From: a virus
Taxonomy: Duplodnaviria; Heunggongvirae; Uroviricota; Caudoviricetes
Strand: one strand, 5' to 3'
IMG/VR virus record: IMGVR_UViG_3300028374_000006
Length of the DNA: 64,000 nt
Shown here: one piece after another, positions 56,201 to 64,000 of the stretch
Layout of the letters: each line of letters opens with the position of its first letter
Numbering within the stretch: the stretch's first letter is position 1
The notes under the pieces: generated by a model
What the model was told of the DNA's origin: nothing
The model's database searches: none
What the model saw: only the letters and a program-made list of their open reading frames with translations
Position numbers and translations under genes: made by a program

Positions 56201-57278
56201 CAAAGTGCGTAGATTTGCCGAAAGTCCAGAAGGGAGCGCTAAACTACAAGAAGAAATTGGCTTCTCGATCAAAAAGAGTTGGGATGCTGAAAAGTGTAAG
56301 GAGCAACTTAAGGAGGACGGCATCGACAAAAGACACATTCGCCCAATCCTCTACCGACCTTTTGATCTTCGCAAAGTCTTCTACTTTCAATCGCTCATCG
56401 ACACTCCCTCACGGCCGATTTGCAATCACATTCATGGCGGACCTAACCTTGTTCTCCTCACTCCGAAGACCAAGACCACTACCGAATTTTCGCACGTCTT
56501 TATCAGCCAACACGCAGTCGAAAAGAAATCTGCATCCAACGATAGAGCCACCACAATGTTTCCATTGTGGCTCTATCCTGAGCAAACAGCAAACCAGCCA
56601 GACGTGCTAAAGGGGCTCCGTTCTTCAAACTTCAGTCAATCCTTTATTGGTAACTTCACTAAATTTAGCTCCTCGTCCGAACGTGGAACGCTGGATGAAC
56701 GGGTGTTTACCTATATATATGCAGTCTTGCATGCTCCTGGATATCGACAACGTTATGGAAAGCAACTCAAAAACCAATTCCCGCGCATTCCGTACCCGTC
56801 AAACGCCAATCTCTTCAACGAACTGGCGCCTCTTGGAAATGAGATTCAAGCCATTCACACCGGGGTGACTTCGAGCAAGCCGCACAAGGCGCCAGACTGC
56901 AGCGTGGAATTCCACAACGGTGGCAGCACAAAGGTTGCGAAAGGCTACCCAAAGTACAAAGAAGAAGAAAACGCGATTTTCATCAACAGCAAATCCTCAT
57001 TCAATCAAGTCACCTTAGAAGTATGGGAATACGTACTCGGTGGCTATCCTGCGTGCAAAAAGTGGCTAAAGGACAGAAAGGGACGGAGTCTTTCTGCGAA
57101 AGAGACAGACACTTACATTGCCGTAGTTTGTGCAATTGAGGAAACAATCCGCCTATCTGCTGCAATTGAAGAGGTTGTTGTACGCTACGGTGGATGGCCA
57201 GACGCGTTTGCAGCAGCGGGGGAGGACGCCGACGTGGCTGTGCCCGAGGTGGTTGAGGAACGCGAGTTGACGACGTGA
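53217..57278 (+). CDS. 1353-aa fused gamma-class N6-adenine DNA methyltransferase protein (type IIG/IIL restriction-modification or BREX PglX-like)
   Basis: Motif I 'ILDPATGTGTFL' followed by motif IV 'VVIGNPPYSK' in the central region. About 600-aa N-terminal and 500-aa C-terminal regions without helicase Walker motifs. Confidence 0.7.
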   Translation: MLSLDQFKSLVVKTADFSQETPSKPTGRSSAFGRGANERLEPRQPTKKAPFILQLLKEANFGSRAQKFPKPDEVFGGRDASAFHSNTEELRDYLPERVATFRSEHHDTLILELENTATNLLETSLFKPLQSESRLEDALTRVAQAFLRGYEKAHNSNPSVGAAQEDTLCVVAVRDDRKSKKEEAPYLVCFATKWHDKYSGERSLVHFFLRQQCVEWEPRLRDTHLTQIYEGYFSKLNSPEWQNAFITSEEWKAANCVLEAFDENRGEDVVRGHMKELLEQVARNFKLDADESGDRLHFTRTRDHAIGLDPDKKLESQKAAFEATVVRDLKEHLLGYIIYCVDSTDEAEALRTSLSQNCFENVLVLAPDEDDDSLRFEVWQANRGLKDKLVQAGAQESLAARLISTLARFFVVGQSDVIDANGLATQLAARAKHLRQSVQLALRREAGDGPLSKLYASYKTNLVHSLSEKDFSDSYAQTVTYALLAARWLSRHSDRRFRLADAQEYLPITSPFLSSLATKLLNMDRSPRVRWLLQDITSLLERIDVEAVFESERNNDLINSDPIIHFYEPFLDAYDKSIREERGVYYTPDEVVAAMVNLTDDLVKTRFELPLGLADDTRWKDYANRHGMEIPKGISPNDFVVQILDPATGTGTFLKQVVTLIFERMMDHWRDKGLDNGPRQAAWESYVRDSLLPRLHGFEIIMAPYVICHLCLQLALEETGFSFESGGRLKVLLTNTLETSTPAQTDLTLSEELAAETAEAATTKESPGISVVIGNPPYSKISSNLNEEAVEYIKPFRYLNEQKIVERGALAFEMTLQDDYVKFFGFLLAKLSANPIAVGSYITNFRFLDSNYLRGMRESLRSNFDSIHILNLGGHRTEQEFLPMPDENVFKIEQGNAISLLARDVTSAKKSPQYYRVWGERREKLDWLNDISLNDVDWRKVTTPQGRNDFGVSSSAAEEFARWPALDEVFRKQSGAIITSRDNLTIDFSKEVLLNKVRRFAESPEGSAKLQEEIGFSIKKSWDAEKCKEQLKEDGIDKRHIRPILYRPFDLRKVFYFQSLIDTPSRPICNHIHGGPNLVLLTPKTKTTTEFSHVFISQHAVEKKSASNDRATTMFPLWLYPEQTANQPDVLKGLRSSNFSQSFIGNFTKFSSSSERGTLDERVFTYIYAVLHAPGYRQRYGKQLKNQFPRIPYPSNANLFNELAPLGNEIQAIHTGVTSSKPHKAPDCSVEFHNGGSTKVAKGYPKYKEEENAIFINSKSSFNQVTLEVWEYVLGGYPACKKWLKDRKGRSLSAKETDTYIAVVCAIEETIRLSAAIEEVVVRYGGWPDAFAAAGEDADVAVPEVVEERELTT

Positions 57279-57367
57279 AGCCATCCTTCGGAAAAACTTC
57301 GCGTCACCTCGGGGGGTATGACATCGCGAAGTGACTTCGTGACCACAAAATGCCTACCGTATAAACT

Positions 57368-58339
57368 ATGAAACCTGAAGGCAACTCGCCCAAAGTCAAG
57401 TTCGACAGCGACGTCATCAATCCCTTTGAACAGATCTGGGCCGACTTCATCGACTCCGAAGGCGTCCATTCGGAATTCAGCCGGGCAGACTATGGCTTCA
57501 TTCAGCACGAGTTCGGTCCCCAACTCCGTGACCATGTGCTCGGCGGGATCGACGGCATAGGTGATCCCTACCTGCCACAACGAACCTCGAAGTCCGACGC
57601 GCGGAGTACCCTTGTCCGTATCGAGAAGAATATCGCCCTCGAGGCGTTTGGGCTTGTGACGGAGAAAGACCACGAGAGCCCACCGCAGTCCCACGGCAAA
57701 CTCGCGCTCGATTTCGCGCCCAGATACGACAGACACCATGTCGTCCTGTACTTGAAGTTCAAGCTACCTGGAGGCGGACAGAAGCGCTTCCAAAAGGAAG
57801 GCATACTCTCCTCGAAGGCGGAGACTCTTGTTGCTGAGTTCTTTCCCGACGCCACGTATCAACCTGCGGTGAGATTCGAAGGGCTCAGTCTATCCTTTGT
57901 GTTCGAGCTGACCAAGATACCGTTCGCCTCTCTTAGAGATACGTCGCCCGAGCAGTGGCGGACTGTGCTGCAAAATCTGCGAGAACGCTGGCTCGAAGCG
58001 GAGAGCCAGATTTCTCGCCTGTACCAATCGGAAGTATTCGAGGACTTCCTGCTCGAGCTCGGCTACGGGAAGACCGAACCACCTAATGTCGAGGAGTTCG
58101 TCGAACCCATTGATGTCACGGATCGCGGCGTATGGGTCATGCGGCCTGGCGCCGGCGGTCGTCTGTGGGAGAGATGGTGTGGCGAAGAAGTTATTAGCAT
58201 GGGCTATGGCGATGCCTTCTCGGACGACCTGGAGCCGCTCGCCTCCAAGGACGAAGTCAAGAACTCCGTAACAGTGTACTGGTTCAGCGTGAAATGGAGT
58301 TTCCGCTCCTCGGTTGATGTGACTCAGCTTACCTGCTGA
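57368..58339 (+). CDS. hypothetical 323-aa protein, 3' end abutting/overlapping the IS remnant
   Basis: ORF downstream of the giant MTase; the last 16 nt overlap the inverted transposase fragment. Confidence 0.5.
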   Translation: MKPEGNSPKVKFDSDVINPFEQIWADFIDSEGVHSEFSRADYGFIQHEFGPQLRDHVLGGIDGIGDPYLPQRTSKSDARSTLVRIEKNIALEAFGLVTEKDHESPPQSHGKLALDFAPRYDRHHVVLYLKFKLPGGGQKRFQKEGILSSKAETLVAEFFPDATYQPAVRFEGLSLSFVFELTKIPFASLRDTSPEQWRTVLQNLRERWLEAESQISRLYQSEVFEDFLLELGYGKTEPPNVEEFVEPIDVTDRGVWVMRPGAGGRLWERWCGEEVISMGYGDAFSDDLEPLASKDEVKNSVTVYWFSVKWSFRSSVDVTQLTC

Positions 58340-58650
58340 GCACGGATTGCCTCTCTTGCCTTCTGACGAGCTTCCGCTCGCTTTTTCCTCGCCGCTTCGA
58401 TCTTCCGATCACGCTCGGCGAAAATCTCTTTCTCCCGGCCAGCGAGTTTGTCCATCGGGGTGATGTAGCCGATGGCGCTGTGCAGGCGTCGCATATTGTA
58501 GTGCTCGATGTACTTTGCCACGGTGCACCTGGCGTCGTCGAGGCTAAGCGGCGGCTGCGGCCTCAGGCACTCGTCTTTGATGGTGCGAAAGAAACGCTTC
58601 GATTGCGGCGCTAGGTGCGCTGAACCATTTCGGTGATTTATTTGCGGATA
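58324..58650 (-). mobile_element. IS3/IS481-family transposase C-terminal fragment (remnant; N-terminal catalytic part missing)
   Basis: 'SKRFFRTIKDECL...YIEHYNMRRLHSAIGYITPMDK' matches the integrase-core C-terminal consensus (ERFNRTLKEE...YNxxRPHSSLGYxTP). Confidence 0.7.
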
Positions 58651-58826
58651 TGACCACCAACGATGAAGTGAGCACGTTGGATAAAGCAATGCTTTCCTCA
58701 CTGGAAGGGTATATCAATTTGTATCTCCGAACCAAAGCTGATATAGTCCCGGCGACCTATCAGGTCTCCGCATAAACAGTTTCGGGGGCGGGCTACCAAT
58801 CCCCGCCCCTTTGGAAGTAGGTTACT

Positions 58827-59987
58827 ATGAGTAAATCGTGGAATGTGCTAGAGGGGGATTGTCGAGATCGCCTTCGGGAACTCCCAGATCAATCTATCCA
58901 CATGGTGTGGACTAGTCCCCCGTACTACAAGCTAAGGGACTATGGTCATGATGCTCAGATAGGTCTGGAGCCGACGCCAGATGAGTTCGTCCAGACGATG
59001 GTTACGGTCATGCGCGAGGTTCATCGCGTCCTCCGGGATGACGGTACGTTATGGCTTAATATCGGCGATTCTTATGGTGGTTCTATAGTTGGCGGTAGGG
59101 CGAAAGATCTGCAAGGCTTGGCATGGCGTGTGGCTCTAGCCCTACAAGAAGATGGCTGGTATTTGCGCAACGATATCATCTGGGCCAAGGGGGTAAGTAA
59201 TCAACAGGGTTTTGTCGAAGCCGCCGCCTCCTCAATGCTTAGGCAAGGTATCTCACCTGAAAAAGTTGATTCTATTGTATCCGAACTGGAACTATCGGTG
59301 GGAAATGCGAAGCCAGAGAGTGTTACGGATAGATTCACGCAGGCACACGAATATTTGTTTTTGCTGTCGAAAAAACCGCGTTATTTTTTCGACCACCTAG
59401 CCTCCAGAGAGGTGGGGGTTACAGGTAGTCCCCGCAATCGAAGAACGGTGTGGCTCGTACCTACGAAACCTTTTGATGGGGCACACTTCGCGGCGGCCCC
59501 AGAAGACTTAGTTGCACCGTGTATAGAGGCCGGAACATCTCAGAGGGGCTGTTGTGCTGCTTGCGGGGCACCCTATACACGTCTAGTTAAAGTTGAGGGG
59601 GAAGAAGGTACCCCCTTAGAATCGAGGTCTTCTTCGCATATTCGCCAACCCGGTAACACCCCAATTAAAGATCACCCATTTGGGTATGCTAGGGATCGTA
59701 AAATGTTAGGGTGGGAACCCACATGCTTTTGCTCTACCGATAAAGCTCCTGTGCCCTGCACGGTCTTAGATCCTTTTGCCGGGGCAGGGACAACTTTGCT
59801 GATGGCAGATCAATTGAACCGTCAATCTATTGGTATCGAACTTAATCCCGATTATGTTGAGATCATAGAAAAACGGATTTTGCATTATCGTAATGAATTA
59901 CCCCCATTTGATGAGAGATATCTTCCTGTAGAATCGGACAGTGAATTGCCTTCAGAAATTCCTTTCGAGCAGTTGCTTAATTTTTGA
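58827..59987 (+). CDS. beta-class DNA methyltransferase (N4-cytosine/N6-adenine, ParB-MTase type), apparently orphan
   Basis: Motif IV 'WTSPPYY' precedes motif I 'VLDPFAGAGTTL'. Confidence 0.8.
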   Translation: MSKSWNVLEGDCRDRLRELPDQSIHMVWTSPPYYKLRDYGHDAQIGLEPTPDEFVQTMVTVMREVHRVLRDDGTLWLNIGDSYGGSIVGGRAKDLQGLAWRVALALQEDGWYLRNDIIWAKGVSNQQGFVEAAASSMLRQGISPEKVDSIVSELELSVGNAKPESVTDRFTQAHEYLFLLSKKPRYFFDHLASREVGVTGSPRNRRTVWLVPTKPFDGAHFAAAPEDLVAPCIEAGTSQRGCCAACGAPYTRLVKVEGEEGTPLESRSSSHIRQPGNTPIKDHPFGYARDRKMLGWEPTCFCSTDKAPVPCTVLDPFAGAGTTLLMADQLNRQSIGIELNPDYVEIIEKRILHYRNELPPFDERYLPVESDSELPSEIPFEQLLNF

Positions 59988-60064
59988 CAGATCCCGGTGG
60001 CTAGGGTATAGGTTAGTGAAGCAAGGGACGATACCTAATACCTACGAGCTTAACGGAGATCACG

Positions 60065-60298
60065 ATGACCTACCAACACGATTCGGAAGGGCAAGAGTTT
60101 TTGGGCGAGTTCACCAATAACGAGGGCACCTTCGACCTTTATGTTAGCCGGAAGTTCAAGGAAGTGATCGCCCGTTTTGGCGATAGCCCGTCTGACTACA
60201 GCGCTGCCCCGCTGGACACAGCGTTTATGTACCCTGACGGTGGGCAGTTAGGTGGAAGCCCGCTTCGGGAAGCTGCAGAGCGGACCCTGCGTCAGTAA
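60065..60298 (+). CDS. hypothetical protein
   Basis: ORF followed by a terminator. Confidence 0.45.
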   Translation: MTYQHDSEGQEFLGEFTNNEGTFDLYVSRKFKEVIARFGDSPSDYSAAPLDTAFMYPDGGQLGGSPLREAAERTLRQ

Positions 60299-60327
60299 GC
60301 CCGGCCCATACGCACTACCGACTAGAG

Positions 60328-60358
60328 GCCCCTTTTCGAAGGGGCTTTTAGGTTTCTT
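60328..60358 (+). terminator. rho-independent terminator (GCCCCTT-TTCG-AAGGGGC + TTTTAGGTTTCTT)
   Basis: 7-bp stem, tetraloop, T-run. Confidence 0.7.
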
Positions 60359-60368
60359 GAAAAAGCCC

Positions 60369-60396
60369 TTGACATGTCGGAATAAATAGCTATCAT
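60369..60396 (+). promoter_or_regulatory. sigma70-like promoter TTGACA-16-TATCAT
   Basis: Near-consensus hexamers directly after the terminator; drives the mini-ORF / tRNA-like / 60626 gene region. Confidence 0.55.
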
Positions 60397-60532
60397 CCCC
60401 TTGTTGAACAGATACATCCCCGACGATGGGGACACCTAACGGAGCGAACCATGAAACGTCTGAAACGGAAACACAAACCTCGCTCCTGACCCGCCCTCCC
60501 GAAGCCGGTCAGGAGATGAGAATCTCTTGGAC

Positions 60533-60602
60533 CGGAAGCTAATGTTGGTGAAGCAGCAGGCTCTTAACCTGAAGGTCGTGGGTTCGAACCCCACCATTCC
60601 GA
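60533..60602 (+). other. degenerate tRNA-like element (anticodon-arm CUU-like, canonical T-arm, acceptor 3' strand, but broken 5' acceptor/D-arm)
   Basis: 'GCAGG CUCUUAA CCUGA AGGUC GTGGGTTCGAACCCCAC CAUUCCG A' is present; a 5' strand able to pair with CAUUCCG is absent. It shares the 18-nt T-arm with tRNA-Ser(GCU). Confidence 0.45.
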
Positions 60603-60625
60603 CTGAACACCAACAGGAGGAGAGT

Positions 60626-60886
60626 GTGGAAAACGTAGCGTCGTACGGAGACAAGATCATCGTCGAGCCGATCGACCGATCCGACGAGCAGTATCCCGAG
60701 GTAATCACCACCTCGGGCAGGGTCGGAAGGGTGGTCTGGAGTTCGAACATCAACTGCCCTAAAAGTGCGGTGGTCATTTACGAGAACTGCCTCAACAGGA
60801 TCCACGACACGAAAACGAACAAGGTCCGCGAGGCCGTGTCCGCCGACGACGTGCATTTCGTGTTCCAGAAACCGGCGCGGTTCTGA
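60626..60886 (+). CDS. hypothetical 86-aa protein (small beta-rich; GroES-like resemblance is weak)
   Basis: AGGAGG RBS 5 nt before GTG 60626. The ORF-track N-terminus (60527) translates the tRNA-like element ('VVGSNP') and is rejected. Confidence 0.45.
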   Translation: MENVASYGDKIIVEPIDRSDEQYPEVITTSGRVGRVVWSSNINCPKSAVVIYENCLNRIHDTKTNKVREAVSADDVHFVFQKPARF

Positions 60887-61024
60887 TGTTTCGCCGGTTT
60901 CTAAAGATGTTCCGGCGTCCGTGCGATTGTCCCGTTGACGTGCATGTACGCTAGCTCCATGCTAGGGGCGCTCAAACCTGCAGATTTAACACGATTGCAG
61001 CCATTCTTAAGTTCGGAGAGGACG

Positions 61025-62959
61025 ATGGATACCGACTCGACTGCCGATGCAGTTGCACAAGCCCCTGAACGGGTCGAGAGGACGAGCACCAACCCACTCG
61101 ACGACCAAGTCGAGAAGCTGAAGACCCTCTTTCCTGAGTGCGTCTCAGAGGGTCGTGTCGACTTCGAGCGGCTTAAGGCAGTCTTGGGCGACGAGCTGGA
61201 GGGAGAGGACGCCTATCGGCTGACGTGGGCTGGGAAGAAGGACGCTTTTCAACAGGTCCAGTCGCCAAGCCGAGGTACTCTCGCCGTCGATGACGACGAG
61301 TCGCTCTACTTCGACCACACCGACCATATTTTCATCGAAGGTGAAAATCTCGAAGTCCTGAAGACGCTCTACAAGTCGTATTACGGGCGCGTGAAGATGA
61401 CTTACATCGATCCGCCGTACAATACCGGCGGCGACTTCATCTACTCTGATGACTTCTCCCAGTCCCTCGATCAATATCTCGCCGCTACCAGGCAGGCTGA
61501 CGGCGAGGGTAACGTCCTGTCGAGCAATCCCGAGACAAGCGGGCGGTTTCACTCCTCATGGCTGTCGATGATGTATCCTCGGCTGTTCCTAGCTCGCCAG
61601 TTGCTACGCGACGACGGTGTGATTTTCGTATCCATCGACGACAACGAAGTCCACAACCTTCGCCTGCTGATGAACGAGGTGTTCGGCGAGGAAAACTTCG
61701 TTACCAACGTGGTTTGGCACAAGGTTTTCGCGTCCAAGGCGTCTGCTCGTTACTTTTCAGAAAGTCATGACCACATCCTCGTTTACGCCAAAGACAAGGA
61801 AAACTGGGAGCGCAATCTTCTGCCGCGAACCGAGGAGCAGAAGTCCGAGTACACCAACCCCGACAATGATCCTCGTGGACCATGGCGCTCGGTTTCGTTG
61901 TCCGCACGGAATGAATACTCCGACGGCTTGTGGGGTACGACGACGCCCAGCGGGCGGGTGATTGAGGGGCCTCCTATTGGCAGTTATTGGAAGGTCTCGA
62001 AAGAGAAATTTGAAGAACTATGTGATGACAACAGGATCTACTGGGGCAGCGAGGGGGACGGGATCCCCAGAAGAAAGTTTTTTCTATCGGAGGTACAGGA
62101 CGGCATAGTTCCCAACACCGTTTGGCGCTACGAGGACGTTGGACACACTCAGAAGGCAAAAAAAGAATTGTTGAAGTGGGTTGACTTCGAAAACACCGCG
62201 AACGTGTTAAACACAGTGAAACCTCCGCGACTAATCCGTCGAATGCTTGAAATTGGCACGGACCCCGACACTGAGGATATTGTACTCGATTTCTTTGCCG
62301 GCAGTGCAGCAACCGGCCAGGCGGTCGTCGAGCACAATGCCGAGGATGGTGGCAATCGGCGTTTTGTTTGTGTCCAGTTTCCTGAGCCTCTGCCTAAACC
62401 TGAGCCGAAGCTGAAGACCATCGCCGATATTGCTCGCGTACGGCTTCGGAACCTCCGTGACTCACTTACTGGCGATGACCACCAGCTGACCCTTGAAGGT
62501 TCGAAGGACGTCGATGCTGGCTTCAAAGCGCTTCGATTGGCCGACTCGAATCTAAGGCAGTGGCAACCACCCGAGGAGGACGACCCAGACGCTCTGATCG
62601 AGCAGATGGCGATCTTCGACGACGGACTAAAGGACGATGTGCGGCACAAGGACGTGCTGTACGAGCTGATCCTACGTGAAGGCTTTTCGCTGAACTCCGA
62701 GGTCGAAGAAGTCAAAACAAAGAGCCAGATGACCTACAAGGTCACTGACTCCAAGGAAGGCGTGGCCGAGCAGGATGAAGATGCGGCGGCACCGAGGGCA
62801 GATCGTTCGTTTTGCGTCTGCCTCGACGAAGAGATCGGCTTCGAGATCTTGGACGATCTGCAGGTGGACACCGAGCAGGTCTTCATCTGCCGTGACAGCG
62901 CGATCGACGATGCGCTGAAGGTCAATCTATCGCTCGAATGCATCCTGAAGGTGATTTGA
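61025..62959 (+). CDS. mod: type III restriction-modification methyltransferase (Mod), beta-class N6-adenine
   Basis: 'IFIEGENLEVLKTL', motif IV 'YIDPPYNTG', motif I 'VLDFFAGSAATGQA'. GGAGAGG RBS before ATG 61025. Confidence 0.8.
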   Translation: MDTDSTADAVAQAPERVERTSTNPLDDQVEKLKTLFPECVSEGRVDFERLKAVLGDELEGEDAYRLTWAGKKDAFQQVQSPSRGTLAVDDDESLYFDHTDHIFIEGENLEVLKTLYKSYYGRVKMTYIDPPYNTGGDFIYSDDFSQSLDQYLAATRQADGEGNVLSSNPETSGRFHSSWLSMMYPRLFLARQLLRDDGVIFVSIDDNEVHNLRLLMNEVFGEENFVTNVVWHKVFASKASARYFSESHDHILVYAKDKENWERNLLPRTEEQKSEYTNPDNDPRGPWRSVSLSARNEYSDGLWGTTTPSGRVIEGPPIGSYWKVSKEKFEELCDDNRIYWGSEGDGIPRRKFFLSEVQDGIVPNTVWRYEDVGHTQKAKKELLKWVDFENTANVLNTVKPPRLIRRMLEIGTDPDTEDIVLDFFAGSAATGQAVVEHNAEDGGNRRFVCVQFPEPLPKPEPKLKTIADIARVRLRNLRDSLTGDDHQLTLEGSKDVDAGFKALRLADSNLRQWQPPEEDDPDALIEQMAIFDDGLKDDVRHKDVLYELILREGFSLNSEVEEVKTKSQMTYKVTDSKEGVAEQDEDAAAPRADRSFCVCLDEEIGFEILDDLQVDTEQVFICRDSAIDDALKVNLSLECILKVI

Positions 62960-62961
62960 TC

Positions 62962-64000
62962 ATGAAGTTCCGCTTCGATCCGAACCTCGACTTCCAGACA
63001 CGAGCCATTGAATCGGTCGTGCAGCTCTTTGACGGTGCTACGCGGCTGGAGACGGGCTTTGAGCTAATCGCCGAAGACGGTGTCATCTCGAACGACCTGA
63101 CGCTGACTGAAGGCGATCTGCTGGAGAATCTGCGCGCTGTACAAGCCGACGAGGAGCTTCAGGGCGGCGCTGCCATCCCAGCCGGTAAGAGCCTCGACAG
63201 CCTCGACTTCTCAATCGAGATGGAGACAGGTACGGGCAAGACCTACGTCTACCTCCGCACCGCCTTCGAATTGCACAAAAAGCACGGCTTCCGAAAGTTC
63301 ATCATCGTGGTGCCGTCGGTCGCGATTCGAAAGGGTGTGATCAAGACCTTCGAGATGACGAAAGACCACTTCGGCCAGCTATACGACCACCTGCCTTACC
63401 GCTTCTATGAGTACGACTCGGCTAACCTATCGAGGGTGCGCCAGTTCACGTCGAGCAACGATGTCGAGTTCATGATCATGACGCTGGCGTCGTTCGACAA
63501 AGAGATCAACGTCTTTAACCGATCTCAGGATCGGATGATGGGGCGAAGTCCGCTCGAACTTGTGCAGAATACGCGTCCTATCCTGATCCTCGACGAGCCG
63601 CAGAATATGGAGGGGGCCAAGGGTAAGAAGGCTCTCGAAAGCCTCAACCCGCTGTTCAAGCTGCGGTACTCGGCGACGCACCGGAAGCTCTACAACCTCG
63701 TCTACCGCTTCACCCCTGTCGACGCCTACCGCCAAGGATTCGTCAAAAAGATCGAGGTCGCCTCTGTCGTCCAGGACCACGATGCCAACCGCGCCTATGT
63801 CGAGTGTAAGAGCGTCAAAGCCAAGAAGACGGTCGTCAGCGCAAAGTTGAAGGTCTACGTGCGGGGCAAGTCGGGGCCGGAGCCGAAGTACCGCACCGTG
63901 CAAGCTGGCGATGACTTGGAGGAGGTCACCGGCTTGTCCGTCTACGAAGGCTGGGTGGTCGAGTCTGTAGACGCTGGATACGGCGAGGTGTCCTTCCGAA
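62962..64000 (+). CDS. res: type III restriction enzyme Res subunit (partial, continues beyond window)
   Basis: Helicase motif I 'METGTGKT', motif II 'LILDEPQN'. Starts 3 nt after the mod stop; open at the window end. Confidence 0.75.
   Translation, partial: MKFRFDPNLDFQTRAIESVVQLFDGATRLETGFELIAEDGVISNDLTLTEGDLLENLRAVQADEELQGGAAIPAGKSLDSLDFSIEMETGTGKTYVYLRTAFELHKKHGFRKFIIVVPSVAIRKGVIKTFEMTKDHFGQLYDHLPYRFYEYDSANLSRVRQFTSSNDVEFMIMTLASFDKEINVFNRSQDRMMGRSPLELVQNTRPILILDEPQNMEGAKGKKALESLNPLFKLRYSATHRKLYNLVYRFTPVDAYRQGFVKKIEVASVVQDHDANRAYVECKSVKAKKTVVSAKLKVYVRGKSGPEPKYRTVQAGDDLEEVTGLSVYEGWVVESVDAGYGEVSFR

Noticed and set aside
60527-60625. N-terminal extension of ORF-track protein 60527..60886 (MDRKLMLVKQQALNLKVVGSNPTIPTEHQQ...)
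   Set aside because: It is a translation of a tRNA-like T-arm (GTCGTGGGTTCGAACCCC gives VVGSNP). The real start is the RBS-supported GTG at 60626.
60626-60886. GroES/Cpn10 identity for the 86-aa protein
   Set aside because: The resemblance is limited to a beta-rich pattern (GDKIIVEPI...GRVVWSS...VIYE). It has no mobile-loop consensus and is too short in the middle, so it is left as hypothetical.
1-64000. CRISPR array, integrase/att pair, or identifiable virion structural genes (capsid, portal, terminase, tail)
   Set aside because: No regular short direct repeats with unique spacers were seen, and no tyrosine/serine recombinase or structural-protein motifs were recognised. So no prophage boundary or CRISPR call is made; the structural module presumably lies outside the window.

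Overview
This window looks like a gene-dense stretch of a large (jumbo-type) dsDNA phage or phage-like element. Nearly all genes are on the + strand, tightly packed, often with overlapping stop/start codons, and there are only about 5 minus-strand genes. I find 12 tRNA genes in two clusters (Arg-UCU, Thr-CGU, His-GUG, Thr-UGU, Leu-CAA, an odd UAA tRNA, Ser-UGA, Ser-CGA, Ser-GCU, Leu-CAG, an odd UAG tRNA, Val-GAC), plus one degenerate tRNA-like element. Recognisable auxiliary and metabolic genes are: a DHH (NrnA-like) phosphoesterase, an MBL-fold RNase-Z-like hydrolase, three HNH endonucleases (one with duplicated HTH modules), an AAA+ ATPase, a tandem cold-shock-domain protein, dUTPase, a minus-strand operon of an ECF-like sigma factor plus a PF10127-like nucleotidyltransferase, an Nfu/NifU Fe-S protein, a GyrB/ParE-like type IIA topoisomerase B subunit, three DEDDh 3'-5' exonucleases including a clear oligoribonuclease (Orn), Lon protease with a stand-alone DnaJ-type zinc-finger protein, a HicB-like protein, two tiny holin-like membrane proteins, a CX5R tyrosine/dual-specificity phosphatase, MazG, a seryl-tRNA-synthetase catalytic-core homolog without the tRNA-binding arm, a GlyRS-beta C-terminal domain homolog, peptide deformylase, a PLP aminotransferase-fold protein, Nudix, HAD, CYTH, a staphylococcal-nuclease-like protein, and an SPFH lipoprotein. 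From about 52.6 kb the base composition shifts to visibly higher GC. That segment carries a restriction-modification/defence-type island: an XRE regulator, a 1353-aa fused gamma-class N6-adenine methyltransferase protein (type IIG / BREX-PglX-like), an unknown 323-aa partner truncated by an IS3/IS481 transposase remnant, an orphan beta-class DNA MTase, and a type III mod/res pair running off the window end. No CRISPR array, integrase, or obvious virion structural genes could be recognised. Coordinates of starts are best estimates made by eye.
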